Sequence record: MZ475892.1
DNA length: 64,000 bases
Direction: 5' to 3' (one strand)
In this document: positions 17,510 to 25,806 of the stretch, in pieces
Layout of the letters: each line of letters begins with the position of its first letter
Position numbering within the stretch: the first letter of the stretch is position 1
Position numbers and translations under genes: made by a program
The notes under the pieces: generated by a model
What the model was told of the DNA's origin: nothing
What the model saw: the letters and a program-made list of their open reading frames with translations, nothing else
The model's database searches: none

Positions 17510-17973
17510 ACATTCCATGGTACATGATGTTTGTTATCGGCTGTGTGCCTCTTTTCTTCTGCTACGTGACTATGCCGTGGTTTCGTGCTGCTGTCAAAAG
17601 ACGGTTGCTGTTTAAACCTCGTGACTACGATTCGGTGCAGGAGATCTTAGACACAGGCATCCCGCCTGAGATCTCTATCGAATGCTTGCAGGCTAGCTAT
17701 CGCAGCAACATGCCTGCCAAGTACGCACAACACATCGACTTCTATCCGCACAAGGAAGGCATCGTGTGTTGTCGCATGAAGTACGACGAGCAATTCCCAA
17801 TCGCTCGTATATTTAATGGTGTACTCGTCGCAAACATCGGACTGCTTGCTCTTCCTAGCAAAAAGATGCCGCGCATCACCATTAACTATTCCACTTATCA
17901 GGTCACGGACTTTGATAGTGATAATGAGTACCTGCACATTTATCTTCAACATAAGGAAGGCAAGCATGAATAA
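17506..17973 (+). CDS. Hypothetical protein with an N-terminal TM segment
   Basis: Hydrophobic N-terminus. Confidence 0.65.
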   Translation: MNIPWYMMFVIGCVPLFFCYVTMPWFRAAVKRRLLFKPRDYDSVQEILDTGIPPEISIECLQASYRSNMPAKYAQHIDFYPHKEGIVCCRMKYDEQFPIARIFNGVLVANIGLLALPSKKMPRITINYSTYQVTDFDSDNEYLHIYLQHKEGKHE

Positions 17974-19018
17974 CGAATCTGCAATGATCGACGAAGACGT
18001 TCTCGAATGGCTCGAAGACCTGACCCGTCATAAGTTGCTGGACGTGATTGGCTTAATCAACAATCTGATTTTCGTCCATCGTCCTGTTCTCGATCTGCCG
18101 ACACTCGGTACGGACGAAGATGTAGCAGCACTGTCGCACGCTGACCTGACAACGTTGTTCCGTCTGGTTGCACCTGAATGCTCTGTCGATACAAACACGC
18201 TGAGCAATCTACAACTGCTTGGGCTTATGCTCAATCAGAAAGGCGTTGTTGTGTTCTCTCTGCCAAACAACAACAGCCCTATTCTAACTGCCCGTACATT
18301 CAACGTGCCTAATAAGCCGCAGCGCTTGAACCCAGCTTCATCTAAGGGTGAGATTGCTACTGCTGTTAGCGCGTGGCTATTCGGACTGTTCCCGCTTGAG
18401 CTACGTTCTGATCAAAACGACATGCCGCGTGAGAACGGCCTGTACCTTGCCAAAGACGAGCATGAGCAGATTCGTTTCGGGCGTTTGTTCCGTAACGGCG
18501 CAGAAGGTGATGGCTGGACTTTCTGCGAAAGCTATTCTGATGCTACAGCTACTTACTGGCATCACAGCGATTCTCCTGTGGACGACGAACTGCCTATGAG
18601 TTTGCTGCATAGCTGGCTGCAAGTCTCTGCAACCACTTCACCAAACGAAGTGCATAACGAAAACGTCAGTGTGCTGGTAACTGACTCGCAGCGCATCTTT
18701 GCTTTCCTGCGCAGTCTGAGCCAACACGTTAAAGCTGAGCTGGTGGCCAACTTTGATGGCGTGCTTAACTCGACACATACCAGTGTCGAATCTATCGGGC
18801 GTCTGACGCGTGCCGACTGGACAGCCGCTGCCGTAGCAGTAGCAGATGATAAAGACATGAAGGACGGACTTGGCTCATGGGAAGAGCACAGCGCGTGGGA
18901 TTGTTTCGTGGCTACGTTGCAAAGTCTACGCTTCAATTTTGATACACGGGAATTCGACCCGATGTATGACTATGGGAAACACGACAATGAGACCGATATT
19001 GATCGAGGAGACGAATAA
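17966..19018 (+). CDS. Hypothetical protein with an HeH-like module
   Basis: AAGGAAGG RBS; VAALSHADLTTLF...LSNLQLLGLM. Confidence 0.75.
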   Translation: MNNESAMIDEDVLEWLEDLTRHKLLDVIGLINNLIFVHRPVLDLPTLGTDEDVAALSHADLTTLFRLVAPECSVDTNTLSNLQLLGLMLNQKGVVVFSLPNNNSPILTARTFNVPNKPQRLNPASSKGEIATAVSAWLFGLFPLELRSDQNDMPRENGLYLAKDEHEQIRFGRLFRNGAEGDGWTFCESYSDATATYWHHSDSPVDDELPMSLLHSWLQVSATTSPNEVHNENVSVLVTDSQRIFAFLRSLSQHVKAELVANFDGVLNSTHTSVESIGRLTRADWTAAAVAVADDKDMKDGLGSWEEHSAWDCFVATLQSLRFNFDTREFDPMYDYGKHDNETDIDRGDE

Positions 19019-19025
19019 GCTAAGG

Positions 19026-19205
19026 ATGGCCTACGCACTGACTGCAATATTTCTATCTTGGCTTGAGCTGAGCATTGCAGTTCGGTATCTCGACTATACA
19101 CAGATTTTTGATGCGCTGATCATTCTGGTTAGCGGTGTGAATCTGGTGATTGCTTTTATCTCGTCACTTGATGAGGTAGACCATATCTTTTCGTGGGAAG
19201 ATTAA
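19026..19205 (+). CDS. Small membrane protein
   Basis: Two hydrophobic segments. Confidence 0.55.
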   Translation: MAYALTAIFLSWLELSIAVRYLDYTQIFDALIILVSGVNLVIAFISSLDEVDHIFSWED

Positions 19206-19206
19206 A

Positions 19207-19413
19207 ATGAAAGACATTGTGCTACACACAGCCCTTTTATTGACCATGATCGTTGTTAGCTTTTTGACTCTCCACTATATTCGTTTCCTGAGTCTGGGCT
19301 ACTATATGCTGATCACTATGACAGCATTCGTACTGGCAGTCTATGCGTGCAAGAGTCTCGCAACTGCTGTCACTAAAAATCGTTTTAACAAAGTGAGAAT
19401 CAATCGTGGCTAA
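19207..19413 (+). CDS. Small membrane protein
   Basis: Two hydrophobic segments and a basic C-terminus. Confidence 0.6.
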   Translation: MKDIVLHTALLLTMIVVSFLTLHYIRFLSLGYYMLITMTAFVLAVYACKSLATAVTKNRFNKVRINRG

Positions 19414-19951
19414 ATCTTTCGGTGTGTATCTGACGTTCATTCTGCGCCATCGACCGCAAGACATTGGCATTGCAATGGACACCCAAGGCTGGGTATCAGT
19501 TCCAGACTTGCTCGAACGTGCTCAATACAAGAAGCAGCCAATCACGTTAGAGATGTTGCGCGAAGAAGTTGCTACTGACGGTAAGGGCCGCTTCCAGTTC
19601 AACGCTGCCCACTCTCGCATTCGTTGTGTGCAGGGACATTCAGTTGAGCATGTGATTCTTAACCTAAAGCCGTATACGAATCACAATGACCCGCTGTATC
19701 ACGGAACGGCCAGCAAGAACGTTGCGTCTATTCTTGCGCAGGGAATTCTTCGCGGTAAACGTAAACACGTCCACATCGCAACCAACACCGCTACTGCTAA
19801 GCAAGTTGGTCAGCGTCACGGTGAACCTGTTGTGTTTGAGATCGACACGTATGCCATGATCGTTGCTGGCTATAAGTTCGAACAAGCCGAGAACGGTGTG
19901 ATTCTTACCGAGCACGTTCCATCCCGATATCTAAGGTTGGTAGAGTTATGA
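19406..19951 (+). CDS. kptA: RNA 2'-phosphotransferase (Tpt1/KptA family)
   Basis: ILRHRP, GWVSV, KGRF, IRCVQGHS, LYHGT, RKHVHI, RHGEPVVFEID, NGVILTEHVP. Confidence 0.92.
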   Translation: MAKSFGVYLTFILRHRPQDIGIAMDTQGWVSVPDLLERAQYKKQPITLEMLREEVATDGKGRFQFNAAHSRIRCVQGHSVEHVILNLKPYTNHNDPLYHGTASKNVASILAQGILRGKRKHVHIATNTATAKQVGQRHGEPVVFEIDTYAMIVAGYKFEQAENGVILTEHVPSRYLRLVEL

Positions 19952-20355
19952 CTGAACAACGAATGAGTTATTGCGGTTCACGTTACATCCGTACATCTTC
20001 TGGCAGGTGGTATTTGCTTTTCGAACGAGCCGCCTGCTTGTGCATCAATCGTCATGGTACCCAGTACTGGCGAGCAGGTACGCAAGTGTGGAAGGATGTG
20101 TCTCTCTCAACTCGCGCCACTTTGGAGAACGAGTTTATCAGTCGTACCCGCAAAGATTTCAGGGAGTCGAAGTCTGCGTACAACAGATGGGGCAAGGTGA
20201 TTCGTACACTCATTCTAGGTGCAGGCACTAACGAGCATCTCCACGATTTAGCGTCGATTCTTGAGGCGCTGAGACAGACGCATATAGGGCGCAAGCAACA
20301 GCAACTGCGCACTACATTGGATGAAATAGCTATTCAGTCGAGAACTACCCTGTGA
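19948..20355 (+). CDS. Hypothetical protein
   Basis: ATGA overlap; its 3' end encodes box promoter 4. Confidence 0.6.
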   Translation: MTEQRMSYCGSRYIRTSSGRWYLLFERAACLCINRHGTQYWRAGTQVWKDVSLSTRATLENEFISRTRKDFRESKSAYNRWGKVIRTLILGAGTNEHLHDLASILEALRQTHIGRKQQQLRTTLDEIAIQSRTTL

Positions 20356-20361
20356 TATAAT
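20308..20361 (+). promoter_or_regulatory. Box promoter 4
   Basis: GCACTACAT-TGGATG-AAAT, 32-nt spacer, TGA-TATAAT. Confidence 0.7.
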
Positions 20362-20412
20362 AGCAGCGAACGCTAAACAGTCTCGTTTAGCTACTTACAT
20401 GAGGATATGTAT

Positions 20413-20514
20413 ATGATTAACAACTACTGCCCGTTTCGCGCTGTGATGTACCACGCTTCAATCATCCTTCTCGCCATTTGCTCTGGCGTTGTTTTAGCCC
20501 ACGCACATTTCTGA
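20413..20514 (+). CDS. 33-aa peptide MINNYCPFRAVMYHASIILLAICSGVVLAHAHF (below the ORF-track cutoff)
   Basis: GAGGA RBS 7 nt upstream; its stop overlaps the RBS of the radical SAM gene. Confidence 0.55.
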   Translation: MINNYCPFRAVMYHASIILLAICSGVVLAHAHF

Positions 20515-20525
20515 GGAGAATAATC

Positions 20526-21665
20526 ATGATGCGTAACTTCACGGCAATCCTGCCAGTAACCTGTAATGCCGATTGTTCATTCTGCCCTGAGAAAGAAATG
20601 GAGCAGAAAGCTACGAACCGCCAGTGGCTGACTAATCTCATTGCGCAGATTAATGACCATGCCGGTGAGTTCGACCACGTTTCAATCTCTGGTGGTGAAC
20701 CTACGCTCAAGCCAAAGTTCCTGTTTGAAGTGATCGATGCGATTCGCACTCAAACGGATATCGATAAAGTTGGACTCACGTCAAATGGTCGCTTCCTGAA
20801 TAAGCAAGACAGCATCTTCCAGTTCCTTGATCTGAACACAGACGACATGCTGGAAAGCAAGCTGTCCCATCTGAATATCAGCCGTCATTCATTCGACGAT
20901 GCCAAGAACAACGAGATCATGAAAGTGCGTTACACGTACACGCTTGATGACCTCGTGAAGTTTAGACGTCAACTCGGCACAAAGCTGAGCTTCCACATTA
21001 ACTTTGTTATCAACGAGCACAACATCGATAACATTGAGTGGGAGTTTGCACAGGCTAATCGATTCATGATGGAGAACCCGTGGATCGATGTAGTGTTCCG
21101 CGTTGACTACGCAAACGAAAAGCTGAATCGTCGTCTGCGTCGTTACGGCCTGTCTGTGCAAGCGTGGCGTGATGCAACTCGCGGCTCTATTCGTGATGAA
21201 CGCATAGCGCGTGAGAATCTGAAAAAGAAACCCAAACTTGTTCAGTTGTTCGACGGTGTATTCAGTGGTACAACACAGGACAATGACGGTACATTTACCG
21301 ATGCGTGTCCAAGCTGTTTCGTGCATCGCAGCCAGAAGATTCATAACAACCATGCGTGGCTCAAAGCATCCTCGTTCGAACCGAACGTAGACGAAGAGGA
21401 ATACACTGAGTACGTGTTCCACATGGACGGTGAGCTTTACTACGACTGGTCGCGTGCCGAGCCTGTGCCTGACGTAGAGAAGAAACCACGCAAACACAAA
21501 GCCATTCGCATTGTCCAGAAAAAAGCGGAAGAAGATGATATGGATGAAGACATGCCTGCATCTTCTCGTATGGGTTGTCAGTATAGAACTGTCGGATGTT
21601 CTTACGGTGAATCAGAATCTGCTGGTGGCTGTTCATTTAGATCTCCTGGCAGCTGTAGCTTTTAA
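20526..21665 (+). CDS. Radical SAM enzyme with a Cys-repeat C-terminal tail
   Basis: CNADCSFC (CxxxCxxC), ISGGEPTL, TSNG, NISRH; GAGGAG RBS. Confidence 0.88.
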   Translation: MMRNFTAILPVTCNADCSFCPEKEMEQKATNRQWLTNLIAQINDHAGEFDHVSISGGEPTLKPKFLFEVIDAIRTQTDIDKVGLTSNGRFLNKQDSIFQFLDLNTDDMLESKLSHLNISRHSFDDAKNNEIMKVRYTYTLDDLVKFRRQLGTKLSFHINFVINEHNIDNIEWEFAQANRFMMENPWIDVVFRVDYANEKLNRRLRRYGLSVQAWRDATRGSIRDERIARENLKKKPKLVQLFDGVFSGTTQDNDGTFTDACPSCFVHRSQKIHNNHAWLKASSFEPNVDEEEYTEYVFHMDGELYYDWSRAEPVPDVEKKPRKHKAIRIVQKKAEEDDMDEDMPASSRMGCQYRTVGCSYGESESAGGCSFRSPGSCSF

Positions 21666-21678
21666 TTAAGGAAAGATT

Positions 21679-21915
21679 ATGTCAGACCCAAAACCAAAAC
21701 CAGAAGTAACAAAAGCTGATCTCCAACATCTGCTGCACGTAGCAGGTGCGTATGAAGGCAACGACCGCCATCGCTGGTACGCAATGTTCATCGTGCTCAA
21801 ACTGAAACGTCAGATGGACGGTCAGAACCTGCCGCGCTCTTGTGCCAACATTACGCATGAGAGCCAAGACTACGAGATCGAAGAGGCTTGCTACAAGCTG
21901 GGGTATTTATCATGA
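21679..21915 (+). CDS. Hypothetical protein
   Basis: AAGGA RBS. Confidence 0.7.
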   Translation: MSDPKPKPEVTKADLQHLLHVAGAYEGNDRHRWYAMFIVLKLKRQMDGQNLPRSCANITHESQDYEIEEACYKLGYLS

Positions 21916-22277
21916 AAGAGCGCCGTAACTACTACTGGGATAGCCCGTTCTATTACGGGTTGATACTCTGGCGTAAGCGTATGCGCAATGTCGTGCTGTT
22001 TCTGATTGCTATCTTAATCTATCATGGCACGCACGCACCTGTAGTTGAGAACATGTGGATGTGGACAGGCACTATCTTCGGCATTCTCTTTCTCGTCTGC
22101 TATATCAAGATGTGGGAATACGAGCGCATGATTCTCGAAGCTATGGGGCCGCTGAATAATAACTGCGTTATCGGTGCTCTTAACTTTGAGAGTCTTGAGC
22201 GCCGCCATGCTGTTTGGTATCGGAAGAAATTTAAATCCGAACCACCTAAGACTAACACGTATTCGAGGGAAAACTAA
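21912..22277 (+). CDS. Membrane protein
   Basis: Two hydrophobic segments; ATGA overlap. Confidence 0.65.
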   Translation: MKERRNYYWDSPFYYGLILWRKRMRNVVLFLIAILIYHGTHAPVVENMWMWTGTIFGILFLVCYIKMWEYERMILEAMGPLNNNCVIGALNFESLERRHAVWYRKKFKSEPPKTNTYSREN

Positions 22278-22639
22278 TGCCACGTATGTTCACACAGACT
22301 CATCGCAACAAATATAAACTGACCGAAGCTGATGCAGACTATCACGGTGATGCCTGCGAAGCTGTCTACCTTGAAGGTATGGAGTTACTCAAAGAGCTTC
22401 ACTATCTGAAAGGGCTTCTGCATGATCGTCACATTGCAGAAAAGCCGATGCCCATTCCTCCTGAGTCTAAGCGTTGGTCAAAGTGGATGGCTTGCACGAA
22501 AATGTCCCAGCTTGATGTGCGCTCCACTGACCGTCTGCGCAAGCGCTATCGTCGTGTCATGGAAGAACTCAAGATTGCCCGCGTGTCTTATACGTTGCTT
22601 CACACAGCGCGACATGCACCGGCGGTTGAGGTTAAGTAA
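22277..22639 (+). CDS. Hypothetical protein
   Basis: TAATG coupling. Confidence 0.7.
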   Translation: MPRMFTQTHRNKYKLTEADADYHGDACEAVYLEGMELLKELHYLKGLLHDRHIAEKPMPIPPESKRWSKWMACTKMSQLDVRSTDRLRKRYRRVMEELKIARVSYTLLHTARHAPAVEVK

Positions 22640-22920
22640 TGCAGTTTACTTCAAAAGAAGAAATAGACGAAACGTATGCAATGGTTGTTCATGCCATGCT
22701 GGCCGCCCTTGTGCCTGACGATACTCGCACAAAAGACCAACGCGTTCTCGACTACGTGGCGAAGCACTTAGCGCCCAATAACATTTTTGACAGGGATCTG
22801 TTTAGCATTTCATTTGAACATCGGTTCAAGTTTCAAACAACACACAGGATGATGCGCAATGCTAAAGTGAGCGGCGCACCTTTTCTATATCTAAAGCAGG
22901 CTCATAGCCTAAAGAATTGA
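22639..22920 (+). CDS. Hypothetical protein
   Basis: TAATG coupling. Confidence 0.65.
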   Translation: MQFTSKEEIDETYAMVVHAMLAALVPDDTRTKDQRVLDYVAKHLAPNNIFDRDLFSISFEHRFKFQTTHRMMRNAKVSGAPFLYLKQAHSLKN

Positions 22921-22930
22921 GGTTAGTATC

Positions 22931-23194
22931 ATGGCAGTAGGTTTCGCCAAAGATGATGACGTGTCCAATACCGTCGAAACAAACGTGCTGAATGAAATCG
23001 ACCGCGCTCGTTCTGAGTTGCGTGGCGCTGGTAGTTCGCACTGTATCAACCCTGACTGTGGTGCAGAGATTCCACTCATGCGCCGTGTAGCAATGCCGAA
23101 CGCTCGCTACTGCGTTAGCTGTCAAGCTCACCATGATGGTACGCCTGCTGTTGGCTACAATCGTCGTGGCTCCAAAGACTCTCAACTGAGGTAG
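22931..23194 (+). CDS. DksA/TraR C4 zinc-finger protein (YbiI-like)
   Basis: MAVGFAKDDDV, HCINPDCGAEIPLMRRVAMPNARYCVSCQ. Confidence 0.85.
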   Translation: MAVGFAKDDDVSNTVETNVLNEIDRARSELRGAGSSHCINPDCGAEIPLMRRVAMPNARYCVSCQAHHDGTPAVGYNRRGSKDSQLR

Positions 23195-23196
23195 TT

Positions 23197-23328
23197 ATGT
23201 GCGACAACAATGAAGTACCTTGTGTGCGATGCACTAAGCCCACACCTGTTGTTGATTTGGGTGGGCCGTACGGTGATTTGTGTGATGACTGCGTAACGCT
23301 GATGCGTGAAGAACAGGAGGAAGAATGA
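23197..23328 (+). CDS. 43-aa zinc-finger peptide (below the ORF-track cutoff)
   Basis: MCDNNEVPCVRC..GDLCDDCVTLMREEQEEE; GAGGT RBS; ATGA overlap with the next gene. Confidence 0.65.
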   Translation: MCDNNEVPCVRCTKPTPVVDLGGPYGDLCDDCVTLMREEQEEE

Positions 23329-23507
23329 AACTGTCCGAATCTGAGTTAGAGTCTTTGCGCTTTCGTATGCGTCTGCGTGAGCAACCCAAGCCGATGCCTG
23401 ACACGCACAAAATGCCAGACAAGAAGTTTGACAGTCATAAGCTGGACAAGTCCACTGATATGACGCTCGGCGATGTTCGCCACCACTTCCCTCCAAAAGG
23501 AAATTGA
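23325..23507 (+). CDS. Hypothetical protein
   Basis: GGAGG RBS. Confidence 0.65.
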   Translation: MKLSESELESLRFRMRLREQPKPMPDTHKMPDKKFDSHKLDKSTDMTLGDVRHHFPPKGN

Positions 23508-23508
23508 A

Positions 23509-23841
23509 ATGGAAGAGATTCTTGATATTGACAGCAAGATGTATGCTGTTTATGACGGTCACGTTGTTACCAACTATCATCATGAAGGTAGCGGCGTGAT
23601 GTACATCGAAGACAGCTTCTGGCTCAGCTTGAATCTGCGCGACGATCTTTTCCCTGCGCCACCAACTCGTTTGGCGCATTACAAAAACATACACACGCGT
23701 TCTATTGATCGCGTTCGTGTTAGCACCATTCAAGATATACGCGAATCCTTGTATAAGGTTCGTCACTATATTCGTTGGTTCGAGTATATCTCCGAAGATA
23801 AGCTGCAAGGCTTGCAGCACCTGTTCCGCGAACCGGATTAA
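23509..23841 (+). CDS. Hypothetical protein
   Basis: AAGGA RBS. Confidence 0.65.
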   Translation: MEEILDIDSKMYAVYDGHVVTNYHHEGSGVMYIEDSFWLSLNLRDDLFPAPPTRLAHYKNIHTRSIDRVRVSTIQDIRESLYKVRHYIRWFEYISEDKLQGLQHLFREPD

Positions 23842-23898
23842 AGGTAACGCTCATGTGTCTGCTAGTCAATTCCCTCAAGGACGAGGGTACGATGCGTA

Positions 23899-23906
23899 TC
23901 TGTAAA
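23899..23906 (+). promoter_or_regulatory. TCTGTAAA motif
   Basis: Intergenic, 33 nt before ORF 23939. Confidence 0.5.
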
Positions 23907-23938
23907 CGTATACAACAACCCAACTAAAGGTAGCGATC

Positions 23939-24304
23939 ATGATTTCTCGAATCAGTAATCTCCTCTTTGCCGAATCAATGTCCGTTGAGCAGTTAGCGCA
24001 GGCATTGCGTATTGAAAACTTCAACGCGACTGTTCGTGGTGAGTTCAAGTTGGTTGCTGGCACTAACTCCAGTGGCTATATCACTTCTGCACTGTCAAGT
24101 CCTGTCGAAGTGCTGCGCGACCTGAAAGGCGTTCAGACTTTGAAAGATGCAGGCTTCTCTGACCCTGACATTGCACTCGCTCTCGGCATCGACCGTTTGC
24201 GTCTCAAGAAAGTTTATAACGAGGCACGCAAGAGCAAAAAGAAGCCTGTTGAGCCAGCTCCAGTGCAGCGTACCTCTAAAGCAATTTCACTCGACGATCT
24301 GTAA
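23939..24304 (+). CDS. Protein with a C-terminal helix-turn-helix-like segment
   Basis: LKDAGFSDPDIALALGIDRLRLKKV. Confidence 0.55.
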   Translation: MISRISNLLFAESMSVEQLAQALRIENFNATVRGEFKLVAGTNSSGYITSALSSPVEVLRDLKGVQTLKDAGFSDPDIALALGIDRLRLKKVYNEARKSKKKPVEPAPVQRTSKAISLDDL

Positions 24305-24314
24305 GGAAACAATC

Positions 24315-25019
24315 ATGACAAGTAAATTTGAAAAGTCGGATGCATCTACTCGCCGCGCCGAACTGCTGGTACTGATGTGTGAGATCTACACGTCGCTGCG
24401 TGACCAGTCGTTGTCTGAGTCAGAGACAAAAGCCTTTGCGTTGTTCAAAGACATTATGGATTTGGCTGACGTGCGTACCGTCGATGCCGTGTTTTCTGAA
24501 ATCGAACACGAACTGGACCCTAAAGTTGAAGGTCTGCTGAATTATGTCCACAGAACGTTTATGCTGCATGACACTCTGTGCAAAGCTGAGGCAGAAGCCG
24601 CAGCAAAACTCAAAGCTGAGGAGGCGCGTGAGCATGTACGCAAACACACGTACAAGCCTCCTGTGGAAAAGCTCATTAGTAAAGAGCAGATCACCGAACT
24701 GTGTGCAGGCTTGACTGCATACGTTGAGCGCGAAGACGTTCGACCTAAAGTCAACGTCGATCTTATTGATGATATCCTCGAATCATTGGATAAGAACTAC
24801 ACGTTCATCGACACGCTCGATCTGTCCAATCATCTTGAAGGTGAAGATCTGAAAACTGCCGTCAAGCTGATTGAAGACGCAGTGACTGAAAGCCACCAAC
24901 CATTGAAAGAAATCATGGACACTATCTGGTGCCACATGGCTAAACGCGATTTGCCTGCCGTTGACTTCTTTGACCGATACGGCAATGCCGAAGATGAGAA
25001 CTATGCACTTGCACCTTAA
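24315..25019 (+). CDS. Hypothetical protein
   Basis: AAGGA RBS. Confidence 0.75.
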   Translation: MTSKFEKSDASTRRAELLVLMCEIYTSLRDQSLSESETKAFALFKDIMDLADVRTVDAVFSEIEHELDPKVEGLLNYVHRTFMLHDTLCKAEAEAAAKLKAEEAREHVRKHTYKPPVEKLISKEQITELCAGLTAYVEREDVRPKVNVDLIDDILESLDKNYTFIDTLDLSNHLEGEDLKTAVKLIEDAVTESHQPLKEIMDTIWCHMAKRDLPAVDFFDRYGNAEDENYALAP

Positions 25020-25200
25020 ACGTTATTGGCGGGCACTCATTGTGTTGCTCGTCGTTTTCATCATTAGTTGTTTGCTGCCCATTCTTGAAGTGCGCAACCC
25101 AACACTGACTCTTATCGTGGTCGTGATTGTTGCCTGCTACTTCATTGCAGTCTGGGCATACAAACCTGTTAAAGCAATTAAGGAAGAGTTGGATGACTAG
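25003..25200 (+). CDS. Small membrane protein
   Basis: Two hydrophobic segments. Confidence 0.6.
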   Translation: MHLHLKRYWRALIVLLVVFIISCLLPILEVRNPTLTLIVVVIVACYFIAVWAYKPVKAIKEELDD

Positions 25201-25750
25201 TCGTAAGAACGAAGTCAAGTTGACTGACGCTGAGGTAGCCGCAGGCGCACGGCAGATACTTGAGATGCTAGTTAGTATGCGTCTCAGTGCGCATCATCAG
25301 GATGTCGGCTATGAAACGCTGTACACCGATTCTTTGGGTGAGACGCAGGGCGGTTGGTATGTAGCATTCGACAGCTTGAGCCGTACTCGACTCAAAGAAT
25401 CCAAAGCTGTATCGTGGCGCAACGTTGGCATGGTCTCTGGTGATTCACTCGAAGATGTTCTCACAACGCTGCGAACGCTCCGCCGTGATATGTCCAATCG
25501 TGTACATGCGCCCACACCAGAAGAGCGTGAGCGTGTACTCAACTTGCGTGATAGCAACATACGCAACGCACTGACTAAGTTCCACAAGGGTGAGTCGCTG
25601 TCTGACGGTGAACTCAACCTGAGCATTAAGCATTTTCAGTCGTTAGAGAATGCGCTTCGCGTAGATGAGTTGTTGCAACTTGCAGCACCCTACATTACTC
25701 AGAATCTCAACGTGCTCTTAGGATATAAAGAAGCACGCCGCCGCAAATAA
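25193..25750 (+). CDS. Hypothetical protein
   Basis: Overlaps the upstream stop; followed by a terminator. Confidence 0.7.
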   Translation: MTSRKNEVKLTDAEVAAGARQILEMLVSMRLSAHHQDVGYETLYTDSLGETQGGWYVAFDSLSRTRLKESKAVSWRNVGMVSGDSLEDVLTTLRTLRRDMSNRVHAPTPEERERVLNLRDSNIRNALTKFHKGESLSDGELNLSIKHFQSLENALRVDELLQLAAPYITQNLNVLLGYKEARRRK

Positions 25751-25755
25751 CAATC

Positions 25756-25786
25756 GGGAGATCCCTAACAAGGGGTTTCCCTTTTT
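25756..25786 (+). terminator. Intrinsic terminator
   Basis: GGGAGATCCCT-AACA-AGGGGTTTCCC followed by TTTTT. Confidence 0.8.
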
Positions 25787-25806
25787 GCATTTCTGGAGCA
25801 AATTTT

